From Rhizodiscina lignyota (Eukaryota), in NCBI GenBank assembly GCA_010015805.1, contig ML978142.1, positions 1 through 64,000 of the forward strand: a stretch of DNA of 64,000 nucleotides, written 5' to 3'. The notes under the pieces are model-generated. The model was not told the origin of the DNA. It saw only the letters and a list, made by a program, of their open reading frames with translations, and searched no databases. Shown here piece after piece: positions 47,914 to 60,397 of this stretch (the first letter of the stretch is position 1; every line of letters begins with the position of its first letter). Position numbers and translations under genes: made by a program.

Positions 47914-49685
47914 ATGCGGTCTATCGTTGATTTCATTCCCTCCTTCTTGCTTCCTGTGGCTTTCTTCGCCTTCCTTCCTTTCGTCCGTGCGTCTCTCCAC
48001 TACCCAGACCCTCTGACCTCTCGTCTCGAGCATATTCTCGTTGATACCGATGGCGCTTTCCGGTCCGGTTTCAAAGATGCGATAACGCCTTGCGACAACT
48101 ATGTCTCTGGATCTCAACTCCTCGGCCGTGAAACGTCTGGCCAATGGCTAAGAGTCGCCTTCCACGACTTTGTCACAGCGCGAGTTGTTAATGGCACCGG
48201 GGGCATCGATGCAAGCATCGGATTCGAAACTCTTCGAGCGGAAGACACCGGGAGTGCGTTCAACGACAGCTTTGCTTTCTGGCGGCCATACGTCGATGCT
48301 CATACTTCCAGTAGGTCAGGTTGCTTACAAACCCTGGCATATTTGCAACACAACTTCCTGGCTTGAAAACCGCATTCCGCTGCTGACATTTCACGTACAG
48401 TGGCCGATTTGGTTGCCGTCTCGGTGGTCACCGTTCTCAACAATTGCGGTGGACTCCAGGTACCATTGCGAGGGGGCCGCGTAGACGCGACAGAGGCCGG
48501 AGCATTTGGCGTGCCTGAACCCGAAACTTCATTGAAAGACACCCTCGCGGAGTTTGCAAATGCGGGTTTCAATGCTGCAGACTCAATTGGGCTCACAGCA
48601 TGCGGGCATTCAATTGGTCGCGTGCACCACGGTGGCTTTGCGCAAGTCGTACCAGAGTCTGCTGTGACACCAAATAACACTGGCGGAGGAATCAACTTCG
48701 ATGCGACGAGAGGAACGTTTGACATTGACGTTGTGCTCGAATACCTGGGAGGCTATGGCCAGCGTGGTGGACCCCTGGTCACTACCGACAATGTCACAGT
48801 GAGATCCGATCTAAGACTCTACGAGAGCGACGGCAACAAGACAATGAAGACTCTTGGTCAAAGCAAGGACTATTTCTTTACTACGTGCAGAGGCCTTTTC
48901 CAGAGGATGATTGAGACCGTCCCCAAAGAAGTGGCACTTTCAGATGTTGTCAAGCCCATCACTGTCAAGCCTGTCAACGTCTCATTTGATCTCAATAGCA
49001 ATGGCGACGTAGTTCTCGCGGGCTCAATTCGGGTAAGTCTTCCTCTCGAGATAATAGCAGCGGCTGTTGTTACAATGGAGCTCGTTACTGATTATTCACT
49101 TAGGAACTCTCTATGACCTCCTCTCCGTCCTCAGCAACGATTGATCTCCTCACTTCGCACGTTGTCGCATCAACTACAGCGAAATCCATTGGCCAGACGG
49201 GAAGCAGTATCTTTGGAACAACGACCTACTTCCCATTCTCCATCACGCTTTCCAGGCCGGGCTCTTCCTTGCCGACAGCTCTTCAAGTCACATTCACAGG
49301 GCAACGCTCCTCAAAATTTAGCATTGAGCCACGGCTCTTCTACTCGTCATCACTATCATCTGCTTCAATCATTGATGCCCCACCGGCAGGAAGCAATGAC
49401 ACCTCAGCAACAGCGCAATTCAATATTTCTGCAGTGGCCGCGGAAATTATGTCTGACGTTGAGGCGATTGTGAACGTCCCGACGCCTCAGCAGGGTACAC
49501 TTGCGCCAAAGATGGTTGCACATGCCGTGCGATTGAGCAAGAACGAATATATTTATTCGGGTAATGTGAAATTGAATGTCGACACTACCCTATTGGCAGG
49601 TGTTACGGTGGATATTGTCGGGACTGGCAAAAGTGGGAAAATCACGGACTCGTATAACAGGGTGACGATTGATGCGAGGGCTTGA
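47914..49685 (+). CDS. Secreted heme peroxidase of the peroxidase-catalase superfamily (hybrid type B-like); exons 47914-48310, 48401-49032, 49104-49685
   Basis: Signal peptide, distal WLRVAFHD, GGIDASIGFE, RGGRVDA, proximal ACGHSIGRVH, SDLRLYESDGN. Confidence 0.88.
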
Positions 49686-50839
49686 GTGGAGATTTAGGCT
49701 GTTGTTTTTTCACTTTACTAAGTCCTTTCCTCTATATTGGAAATAACAGGCACTGAATAAATTTGAAAATGAGGAAACATCTCATGCAAGTGTCTGTGCA
49801 GAGCAAACCAAAGCGAGGTCCAATAGTTAATTTTGCACAGCCATGCTACGCGCACCAAAGACTGATGAGCGCGGTAACTCTCAACTGCTCACTTGCAAAT
49901 CCATCATTTTCTGATATTCCCAATATTGAAAACCATCTTGTAATGTACTACTCCCAAGGTTTCAACTCTTGTTCACTCTCGTAGTCCTTGACCAACTTGT
50001 CCGTCTTTTCCCACAGCTTACTCGGCGCATAAGTCCGAGCGTCGTGAGGCTCATCCATGTATCTCACCCAGGCACTCCCAATCGTAACAAATCCCGCGCC
50101 ATAGTTGCGTTGTGCTGTCACACTTGTGCCGGCAGTGCTATCATCTCTGATGCTGATTTCTAATGCGCAAGATCGGGACCTCAGCCCTCCACCGGGCAAT
50201 CTCATCATATGGGTTAAAGACGCGAGGTACCTGTCGTCAGCAGTGGTGCCAAAGGATGAAGAGTGAGATGAATACAGCCGCAGATACCTTGTATCCCTTT
50301 TTTTTAAGCATTTGCGTATCGCGAGGTCCTTCGCTTTGCTCTTGTCCCATGATTGGACGTTGACAGTCTTTGAGAGTGGGAAAACCGAGAGTTGGGGAAG
50401 ATAAGAGCTAGGGAAGATGAGAGCTGGGAGAGAGGATCGAGGTCTATTGAGGGGTTTCAAGGCAGAAATTCTCCTGTTGTGTAACCAGGATACTGGCCGG
50501 TGAGCTCTTCTCAGAATTCCTCGAAACGAAAGCCTACTCGGACACCATTGTTGTTCGCGCGAGGGACATTCCTTGATTAACAAAAGCGCCTCGTAAGGTG
50601 ACTTTAACTCTGCAAATCATGTAGCCGAGCTTGAGTTGCACAAACCAGACCACTAATCGACGCATCTGTAGTGCGTGACAGGGTTTCCAGAATCGCTTGG
50701 TCATTTCATTCAACTTTTGTTCTTTTGTTCGGGTATAGTTACAATTGTACACCGGGTTGACCTCTTTCCTGGATAAACGCCGCGCTGTGCATCTATGGTG
50801 ATAATACCCCCTCGAGTGATTGAGCGTTTGAAACCTGCC

Positions 50840-52597
50840 TCACATCCTCTCGCGCTTGCGTGGTGCGCTTCGGATGATATTGTCCACCCGTAATAACAAC
50901 TGTGCTTGTTAGGAATCCTGGACGCGAACGACGTTGAACAAAGGTAACATACCTCAGCTGCCTCACTTGCAGAGCTCACCACCGCTCTCTTGAGCTTGTA
51001 GCTCTCAATGACACCCAGATCCCGCATGTCCGCAATGCCACCGCCAGGCTTGTTCATGTCCAGTCCAGCGCTCGTCATGCCGCTGTACACTGCCTTCCGC
51101 AGCCGCGCAACCAGGTCACTGCTGTCAAACCCAGCATTGTCCGCTAAGATGGTAGGCAGCTGACGCAGCGCCTTCGCGAATGAGTCGACAGCCAGAGCCT
51201 TCTTGCCTGCGGCGTTCTGCGCCGCGTGGTCTACTGCCTTCGCCATCACCATCTCCGCACAACCACCGCCGAGCGTGGTACGCGGCTCCTTGACAGTCTG
51301 GCTCAGCACTGCGAGTGCGTCGTGTAAGCTGCGTTCCGCCTCATCGAGAAGCTGCTCTGTCGCGCCTCGAAGGACGATCGTGCACGCGTTGCCTGCCGCG
51401 ACGCCAGAGAAACGGATCAGGCTGTCCTCGCCGATGATGACCTCTTCGATAAGGTCGCATCTACCAAGCTTGACATTCTCCGGGTGGTCAAAGGTCGAGG
51501 TGATGTCGCCGCCGGTGACGAGGGCGAGTCGCTCAACGCCGTCAAAGTCGGCGTGCTCGATGGACATGATGCCTGCGTCGGCGAAGAGCTGCTCCGGCCA
51601 GTTGTAGATTAGCTGCCTGTTCACGAAGCAGTTGATGCCGTGCGCCTTAATGCGGTCGACCTTCTCCTTCATCTTCTCGCGCTCGGCCTTCTCGAGCTCG
51701 CCAAGTTTTCCTGTAGAGTCAACCTTGACACGCGCGCCGAAGATCTTGATCTTGTCCGTATCCATCGCGGTGTTGGCGACAAGGATTTTCGCATTCTGGA
51801 GGCGTTTGGGCTGGTTGACGCCGATGCGCTTGTCGAGGATGAAGCCTGAGTCGAGGTAGGAGTCGTTAAGTTTGCCACCGGCCTTCTTGATAACTTGAAT
51901 ATGTGTGAGGTCTGTTGAGCCTTTGAGTCTGAGCACAGCATCGACGGCGAGATTGGAGAAGTGGTCTCTGTCCTGGCTCAGGACCTTTGAAGACAGCGTG
52001 GTGCGGGCTATTGCAATGAGGTCCTTTCGGAAAGCGGCCGGGTCGCTGCTGTGGTCCACCGCAATTTCCCCGAGGGCGGTGAGAGCGGCATGTGATGCAA
52101 TTCTGTAACCTTCTATTATCGTTTGCGGGTGTATCTTCTGATTCACCAGTTGTTCTGCCTCCCGCAACAGCTCCGCTGCCAACACAGCAACTGAGGTTGT
52201 TCCATCTCCCACTTCATCATCTTGAACTTTCGAGATATTGACAAGCACCTTCGCCGCGGCATTATCGAGTGCTATTGACTTGAGAATTGTCGCTCCGTCG
52301 TTCGTCACCATAATCTCGCCCGTGGAGCTGGCTTTAAAGTTAGCTCTTCACTTCACTACACCTCACTGCCTCAGAACACCACCCAACACTCACGCAGATT
52401 GTAGGATCTTGTCCATGCCCTTTGGGCCCATTGTGCTCTTAACTAAATCTCCGACAGCTATCGCGCCCACAAAAGCTGAGAGTCTCGCGTTCTCAGCTTT
52501 TTCTTCGGTCGCTCCATCCTCGAAAATTTGTGTCGGATTTTGGTAAGACTGCTGTTCTTTAGCTGCAGTTTGACAAGGGACAGGCTACACTGACCAT
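50840..52597 (-). CDS. CCT2: T-complex protein 1 subunit beta (chaperonin CCT2), 4 coding exons, the first being only ATG
   Basis: [58 protein letters not shown]. Final exon [19 protein letters not shown]. Confidence 0.96.
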
Positions 52598-52901
52598 GGC
52601 GCAAGGTACGGGAGGACTGTGGAATCTTTCGCTTCCTTTCAGAACTCGTGGTGGTGTGAATGGTGGTGGTGGGGACGACGCGACGCAACGCGAAAATCTC
52701 CAGAACGCGGAGGCTTGGCATTCGCAGCACCGCGACGAGAGCCTTGACTTGGCTTCTTCACCAACAACGACAACCGACAACCGCAACACTTCGCACTGGG
52801 ACAACCAGGTGCCGCTTTACTCTCTAGCACCTGCACTTCAACCTCCGCCTCCACCTCAATCCCAAACACTCTCCTTCAACCTGCCAATCCGAGTTGCGAA
52901 T

Positions 52902-54593
52902 ATGGCGAAGCGGCGTGCTGAAGAGCCTCTTGAGGATGTGGCCGCCACAGACTCGCCAGCTTCGAAAAGAGTGCACATTGAAGACGCTGCCGACGAAGCA
53001 GTGATCGACAATGCCACTCCTCCACCGAATGGCCATTTGATGGCGCCGAGACAGGAAGATGCGGAGAAGATGGATATTCTTGGAGCTGCGGAAGTGCAAC
53101 ATGAAGAGCTGGAAGAAGCTGGCGCAACACCCGATGCTGAAGATGAGGACGAGGACGAGCCATACAGAGCTGCTCCCACGAGGCAAAAAGCTCCAACTGA
53201 AGGTTACGCGGATCTCTACCTCGACACCATCAACCGCTCAGTTCTCGACTTCGACTTCGAGAAGCTGTGCTCCGTCACACTCTCGAACATCAACGTCTAC
53301 GCCTGCCTTGTGTGTGGCCGTTACTATCGGGGCAGGGGACCTAGCAGCCAAGCTTACTTCCACGCGCTTGACGAGGGACATCATGTCTACATCAACATGG
53401 AGACGAAGAAGGTGTACGTTCTGCCAGAAGGCTACGAGGTGACTAGCAAGAGCTTGGATGACATCAAATACGTTGTCGATCCCAACTACCAGAAGGCGGA
53501 TGTGATGAAGCTGGACAAAGAGGAACAGACAGCATGGGACCTCCAGGGCAAGAAGTACATTCCAGGATTCGTGGGCATGAACAACATCAAGGCGAACGAC
53601 TACTTCAATGTCATCACACAAGCACTTTCTCACGTTGCTCCGCTGCGCAACTTCCTCATGCTAGAGGACATGTCCTCTCGACCGCAGCTCGCTCAGCGCT
53701 TCAGCATCCTGGTCCGCAAGATCTGGAACCCTCGAGCGTTCAAGTCGCACGTCTCTCCTCACGAACTTCTTCAAGAAATCGCACTCATGTCCAACAAGCG
53801 CTTCACACTGACCCAGCAGTCCGACCCCGTTGATTTCCTTTCCTGGTTCCTCAACAACCTGCATCTCGCGCTTGGCGGCAGCAAGACCAAGCCCGGAACA
53901 TCCATTGTGCAGAAAGTCTTCCAAGGCTCACTGAAAGTCGAGTCACAGCTCATCACCGCGCGCGCCGACGCCGGAGACCGCCTGCGCTTTGAAGACGCAG
54001 AAATCCAGACACAGACGACCAGGTTCCTCATGCTGACGCTCGACCTCCCCGCCGCGCCGCTCTTCCAGGACGAACTAGATCAAAACATGATCCCGCAGGT
54101 CCCGCTCACGACCATCCTGACGAAGTACGACGGCGTGCGTGCCCAGGAAGCGCTCAACCATCGCAAGCGCTACCGCCTCTTGCACCCGCTGCCTCCGTTC
54201 CTGCTCTTCAACATCAAGCGCTTCAGCGCGAACAAGTTCGTGTCGGAGCGCAACCCGACCATCGTGACGTTCAATCCGCGCTCGCTGGACATGAGCCCGT
54301 ATGTCGAGCCGAATCCTGCAGTCCATTCCGTTGGCGAGCCGATCTGGTATGACCTGGTGGCGAACATCACCCATGAGGCTGTCAGGACGAGAGACGATAG
54401 TGTGGAGGGAGAAGCCGAGAGGAAGGTGTGGCGCGTGCAGCTGAGGGACAAGAGCAGGGAGGAGTGGTACGAGGTACAGGATCTGTTTGTAGAGAAGGCG
54501 CGTGCAGAGATACTCTGCACGAAGGAGAGCTACGTCCAGGTGTGGGAACGTAGGAGGGGTGGTGTGGGTGGAAAGGGTAAAGCAAAGGCTTAG
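52902..54593 (+). CDS. SAD1: U4/U6.U5 tri-snRNP protein Sad1/USP39 (ZnF-UBP plus inactive USP domain)
   Basis: LDFDFEKLCSVTLSNINVYACLVCG, GMNNIKANDY (catalytic Cys replaced by Asp, typical of the family), KIWNPRAFKSHVSPHELLQ. Probable start MAKRRAEE. Confidence 0.95.
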   Translation: MAKRRAEEPLEDVAATDSPASKRVHIEDAADEAVIDNATPPPNGHLMAPRQEDAEKMDILGAAEVQHEELEEAGATPDAEDEDEDEPYRAAPTRQKAPTEGYADLYLDTINRSVLDFDFEKLCSVTLSNINVYACLVCGRYYRGRGPSSQAYFHALDEGHHVYINMETKKVYVLPEGYEVTSKSLDDIKYVVDPNYQKADVMKLDKEEQTAWDLQGKKYIPGFVGMNNIKANDYFNVITQALSHVAPLRNFLMLEDMSSRPQLAQRFSILVRKIWNPRAFKSHVSPHELLQEIALMSNKRFTLTQQSDPVDFLSWFLNNLHLALGGSKTKPGTSIVQKVFQGSLKVESQLITARADAGDRLRFEDAEIQTQTTRFLMLTLDLPAAPLFQDELDQNMIPQVPLTTILTKYDGVRAQEALNHRKRYRLLHPLPPFLLFNIKRFSANKFVSERNPTIVTFNPRSLDMSPYVEPNPAVHSVGEPIWYDLVANITHEAVRTRDDSVEGEAERKVWRVQLRDKSREEWYEVQDLFVEKARAEILCTKESYVQVWERRRGGVGGKGKAKA

Positions 54594-54673
54594 GTACACT
54601 TGAAGTACACGCTAGTATGATGTAGACGGACAGCTTCCGTCTCTCCAATAAGAATACCATCGATACCCATCCA

Positions 54674-54835
54674 TGCCTAAGTGTCATGCTTCCTTCACTC
54701 CAGTTTTAACCGAATTGATGCTCGATTTTCTGTATCGTCGAGGCATTAGAGCCATCTCGTCCCATTGAATCAATGCTCGTCTCTGCCTAAGTCTCATGCT
54801 TCCGACTTTCCTATATCGATCGAATCGGTGCTCGA
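54674..54835. repeat. Degenerate direct repeat, 111-bp spacing
   Basis: TGCCTAAGTGTCATGCTTCC at 54674 and TGCCTAAGTCTCATGCTTCC at 54785, each followed by CGAAT..TGCTCGA. Confidence 0.6.
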
Positions 54836-55049
54836 GCCTCTATAACGTCAAGGTACAGAGGGTTTTGGCCCAATTGCATCGATTCTCATCGTTGGATAAA
54901 TCGTCTAACGACCCCTCCACTGCTTTTGTTCCCTCGCCGCTTGAGCTTGATATCATTATATCATCCACATTGTGCCTTATCATGACTACATGCCAAGCTT
55001 GGTATCTGTCCTCACCAGCGTGCACGCCTCTACAGATTTCGGAAGGGTA

Positions 55050-56511
55050 CTATGAAGCGGACTTGCGCGATTTTCCTCGGTTCTGCCAGATCTTCGCCTT
55101 GCAAACCCCCATTTCTTTGCGTTTCCCCAAGTGTCTAGCCAGTCTATCAACAGCAATGTCGACAACGAAGCCGAGCCCAAAATCTAGCCATTCCCAGGTC
55201 CCATACGGAGTGAACTTATGCAGACTCCCGACGACAGTATCGAGAACGGCCAGGAAGATGGCGATATGCATGAATCTCATAATGATCCTTCGACGCTCCG
55301 CTTCATCCTCGTCCAAGTATAAATATTCTTTCTTCAATCGCTTAAGCTTCTCCTTGAGATTGTATTTTCCCATGTGCCCTTTAAAAGGCCTACCTTTTGT
55401 GTCCTTGTTTCTGGTTTTGTTTTCGACTTCTGATGCTATTGCGGTAAAGTATACTTCACGCGGCAGCCCAGATCTGATCATCTGGACGCCGTCCTCGGTC
55501 CAAGTCGTCCAAAGCAGCCAGTATTTCGCCGCCTCCATGAGCAAGTGAATCCAAATATTCGACGCTGCAGTCCACGGTCTCGGCCATGGAATGAACGTCC
55601 TCTTCTGTAACGCTAACAGCAGGGCGGAGAATCGATGAGCACCCGCCGCAGCTTTCGGTGAAGAGAACATCTGATGCGCCCTTCCGGGGATCTTCAGGGC
55701 TCTCTGGTCAGGGCACTGGCAGACGATGAACTGAAGTAGACGATCGCCCCACAGGTTCTGGCAGTTGTTCCCTATTGGGTCGTATGTGGTGAATTGAAAA
55801 TGGTTTCGGCTTTCTTCTGTTGATGGGTCATTTTGATCAGCATCTTTCCAGCGAATTATAATATCAGAAAAAGCTGGTCCATATACCCTCAGCATCCATG
55901 AGATCCGTAATGTCTTCGTTTGAGAGAAACGTGACACCTAGCTCGATGACCGTCTGCGCATTCAGTGGGATCCCAAGCGCGTCGACTGTTGCCGCGACGT
56001 CGGCCTGCGTTATCTTGAGTTCGATCTTGCGGCTGCCTTTCTGCCGGAGAAGCTCGTATGTTATGCCACGAATGACAATGGCCCAGTGCGTGCTCGCGAC
56101 CGTGCGTGCTGTCAAATGCGCGAAGGGTAGCTCCGAGCGCTCAGCGAGAGGGATTTGGGTAGATGCATCCTTCCCTCCGCTTAAATGAGAGGAATCAAGC
56201 AGACTGATGTCTGAAGAGACCAGGAAGACATGCGCTGGCGATGGATAAAGGTGGGAGCAAGGGGGAGAGTTGCCGTCTTGATTGTTTCTTATGAGCATCA
56301 TATCCCGCACGCCTGCCATCATTTGGCGAATGAAGAAAATGATCATCTGGCATGTGCTGTAGCAGAGGCATGGAACCATGTATGCAACTGAAGCAGTCAT
56401 CAAGAACATAGGGATGGTGGTGTAGAGATGCTCCTGTCCTTCCTTGCTCTTCTCCTCTAGCCATTCTTCATATGCGAGGTCTTCGCTTTCTGAATCTTCC
56501 GTGTCGGACAT
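55050..56511 (-). CDS. Hypothetical membrane-associated protein with permuted papain-like (PPPDE/LRAT-type) His-Cys motifs, at least 2 exons
   Basis: THWAIVIRGITYEL and YDPIGNNCQ are joined in frame by intron 55886-55844. Hydrophobic segments lie near both ends. The 3' end is uncertain. Confidence 0.6.
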
Positions 56512-56785
56512 TGTGGAATTCGCAGTGACAGGAGAGTAGGGAAATTTGGAGGTGCGAAAGTCAAGGCATCCAGCTTGACGCAGCCCTTTGACATGCTCAT
56601 TGCTCAGCCACCTGCATCTGAATCCTGGAACCTGCACGAATACGAGGCGGGACGAGGCTGAAGCAATGCGAGAATATATTCAGGTGAACATTCAGCAATG
56701 TAGAACTCCTGAAGCGCTGGATAGCTATTGTTTGTATTGAGACGAACTTTGTGAACCTGATTTCTTCTTGCTTGACGCTGAAAGA

Positions 56786-57582
56786 ATGGGCCTCCGCAGC
56801 ACCGTCCTGCAGCACACGCTCTCGCTACCGTGGCAGAGGAGCATGACATTCGATCCCATTGTTCAGATCCTAAATGCTGCAACGCCGATCCAGGAGCAGA
56901 AAACGCGGGCATGGATAGACGCGAAGCTGGGAGAGTTATCATTCGTTGGACTCACTGTACTGCTCCGCCCTCCTCCTCCTTCGGTATGGCTGAGATTTCG
57001 CTCACGCATTTTGCAGAGCGCATTGGTCACAGCTGTATTTGCCGGTGGCTTCTCGTGGAATAATCTCACCACCACCGGTTTCTACATGCATACTGTCCGT
57101 GGCGTGTGGTATGGCGGCCTTGCGATGGCCTTGGTCGCCATCGCTTTGGCGATGCAGCAGAGCGTGGCGCTTCAGCGTTTAAGCAGTAACGACAGTGGAA
57201 TGGAGAAGCTGCGGTTGTCATTTGGATATCCTTCGCCATCGGGTTGGAAGCCCAGATTCGTCCACGTATTCATATGGCAGATTCCAGTGATGCTGCTCAA
57301 TGTGAGCATATTCCTGTTCATCCTGGGCCTATTGATATTGGTATGTGGTGGATATTCAAACGGAATAGAGAGCCTAGAGGTATGTAAAGCAAATGCACCT
57401 TTGTTGGTTCACATTGGGAATTGTCAAAGCACTCTCAGATGGAGGACTTCAAAGGAATGAGGGCTGACGATCAATGAGCTAACTCGGCTGCCCAGACAAC
57501 CATTCTCTTCGCGATAGCTCTAGTCTTCTCCGTTTGCTGTTACCTCTTGTCTTCGGTCTCAATGTATATCAGCATGAATTGA
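56786..57582 (+). CDS. Hypothetical multi-pass membrane protein (3 exons)
   Basis: Four hydrophobic helices (SALVTAVFAGGFSW, VWYGGLAMALVAIALAMQQ, FIWQIPVMLLNVSIFLFILGLLILV, TILFAIALVFSVCCYLLSS). GT-AG introns near 56957-57016 and 57380-57495. Confidence 0.7.
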
Positions 57583-57753
57583 GAGCACTCATACACAAAT
57601 CGTCGTGTATATGCACAGTGGACTCTGGAGGTGAATTGCTAGCATTGTACATGAACAGGTGCGCCATGCAAGTACCACACGCGCTATATCAAACGTATTC
57701 GTACAATATAAACAAACGATCCCGTCCGGTATGCTATCCACACCAGAGTAAGG

Positions 57754-58896
57754 TTACGCCGTCGCTCTTTGCATCCAGTCCGAAGATAGTTGCCTCTCGA
57801 CTTCAAACCCGCACCTGTGCTCTACAACATCCCAATTTATATTATGCCAAAACTCTTTCAAATACCCCCTCTTCCCATCCACGCCAAACTTCATCAGGTA
57901 CGCATGCTCCCACGTACTCACGCACAGCACCGGAGTAACCTCAACACCCCCTTTGCTTACTCTTCCCGGTTGCTGGCTGTGCTTCCCTGCGTAACCTACG
58001 GTATTCTGAATTGTATGCTGTCGCCTGAACTCCTCGCTACTTAGTTTCCTCTCCACTGCATCCCTTACGGCTTGCGTGTTCATGTCGACTGGCTGCTGGC
58101 GATAGTGCGCGCCCGCGTAAGGCGTGCCAGCGCAGTAGGTTGAAAGGACTTTGAAGACTTTTTGTGTAGCGCCCATATTGGGCTCAGACAGGCGCACAAG
58201 CCAGACGAAGCCGGGGCCAAACATGCTGTTTGCGGTGGTGAGGAAGTCGATGCGGAAGTCGTCGTAAGAGCCGAAGGAATTCGAGATTTCGTCAACTAGC
58301 TTCCTCGAAGGCGTGACTGGGGAGCCAGTGGAGTTCTGGGGTGGCAGGTTAGTGAAAGACCATATCACAAAAGAAAGGGAGAGACGAACAAGACCGTCGA
58401 AGAAGAAGTGAGTATTGTGGAGCATGGACGCGTAGTTGAAGATGGACGCGTTTTCTGGGTCTCTGGCATATTTGATCACGAGGTCTTTCGCCGCAAGGTT
58501 TTTATCCGTATCTGAATCACATATGTCAGCGATTCAAAGCCCAAAGAGCCTTAATATGAGCATCTCACGTACCTGGAAGAATCCCATTGAGCTTCCGCAG
58601 CGCCATATGCATTGGCTGTGTCCATGCCAAGTCGAACGCCGCAGGGCCATACAGCCCAGGTATACCCTCATCCTTGAGCTTCTGCCCGTTCGTCAATTGT
58701 GGGATGCTATGAATATACGTGGGTGCAGGGCCGGTTTGGACAAATCGGCATTGTCCTCGGGCTCGTATGCGGGTCGATGGTTGGCTTTTCTGCAAGCACA
58801 AACATGTTAGAAGTCGGAATTATGACATATCGGAGGACGTATGCATACCAGACATTCTGTCACAGCTCCGAAGAGCCTTCTTTGTCGTACTATCAT
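57754..58896 (-). CDS. Fe/Mn-SOD-fold mitochondrial small-subunit ribosomal protein (mS42/mS43, Rsm26/Mrp1-like), 4 exons
   Basis: Arg-rich presequence MIVRQRRLFGAV. Motifs FNYASMLHNTHFFF, MFGPGFVWLV, PVLCVSTWEHAYL; the SOD metal ligands are incomplete. Confidence 0.85.
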
Positions 58897-60397
58897 CTTG
58901 CTCTGTGCATTGCTCCAAGTTGAAGTCGAGACTGGAAAATATCGAAATATTGCCGGCAGATATTCGGGTATTCTCGACCCCTTAAGGATCTCCCTAGCTC
59001 AAGCCACACGAGACGAGCTCACTCCTGTCTTTTTGCCTGAAGATATATCTCATCAATTATCGAACACTTCTTCTTCTCAACATTCGTATGTCCGAGCAGC
59101 ATCTCGAACTTTCGTTTTCTATACCTACGCGAAAGAGTAAAGCTATTATCGTATTGCAGAGCTCCTTCGCTCCAAGCCCATTATTGCGATGAAGATATGT
59201 GGTGAAGAATAAAACAATCGTCGTCGGTGATGGTGCGTGGCAGGCATAGTAATTTGACACCATGTTTTAAGGCACGTTGCACTAATTTGGTACAGATCGA
59301 ACTTCAGTCCACATGCCTCACCTCGCCGAAGAGCATGGTGCACACAGTTAGCATATCGCCGACTCTTTCGCCCAAGGCCTTATGACTATCTGTGGCCAAT
59401 TCCAAGATGGTAGTTGCTTCAACATTACTAAAACTCGGAATCTTTCGTACGCTAAACGCCGCATGGTGACTTTGGGGCTGGCACCGACTTCTAGCGGAAC
59501 ATTTTCGTCGTCATCCTCAACACGTTGTATGGAAGCACACACTTGTCGAATATAGATGCCATACACGTCATGGTCGATACAACGCCTCCGGTACAGGTAT
59601 TTATGAAATGACCAAGGCCCAACAGCTTTATCAAAACCAAGTGCGGAAGCGGTGTTCGACCTCCGAGACGCCCCACCGGATGACCAAATGGAGAGGACGA
59701 GATATACCGATACGATAATTATGACTTTCAGATTCGTTTCAAATCTTTTGATTATTTCCCTGAAGCTTTCTTAGTCCCATTTTGCCTGATGTACAAGTTG
59801 TAAGGACTTCCACGGTGGCACCTTAATGTCACTCGACTCTGCACTACTCCATCTCATCGTATATTGTTAGCAGGTAAGCGTCTAGCCATTGCTCATCATT
59901 TGCTCTCCTCTGCTCTTTCCTCGTCGTCCTGAGTGCCCGACTTAAACCGAGGATCTTCGGGATACTCCTCGTCGGCGACATGTGCATCAACCTTAATACC
60001 GCAAACTCCGCCAAAGATACGTATTTGCATCCACCTTTCTTAAATTCGCATAGCGGATTGACGATTAAAGGTAAGGGTTTCCTCAAATACATCTGTTGTG
60101 ATGATATGCTACCGCATTCGGACTATTTTTCATACCACCTTGCCACGGACAAATTGGTTGCATCTCGCCGATGACAAAGCGGGGATGCTCCACGGCATTT
60201 CAAAGCACTCAAAAGTGAAACCATTTTGGGCAGCAAAAGCACGCGATTTTCATCGACCTATATGTGTTCGAAAGAAGGGTTTAAAGCAGAGTAAAGTAGA
60301 GATAGTTTAAAAGTCCTTCCTCTCCATTCTCATCACAATCGTATTCGCCGCCCTTTCACACAACACCTCGGTCAACATCTCCATTCAATTCACAGCC

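Noticed and set aside
53560..53620. Missing catalytic Cys in the USP domain as a novelty
   Set aside because: Known property of Sad1/USP39.
57754..58896. Superoxide dismutase
   Set aside because: Metal ligands are incomplete and the pattern fits the known SOD-fold mitoribosomal proteins.
59146..60174. Possible decayed phosphotransferase/kinase-like gene (VSLAEFAVLRLM..SIPKILGL)
   Set aside because: Resemblance is too weak, frames are broken and no catalytic HxD motif was seen; it would need BLASTx.
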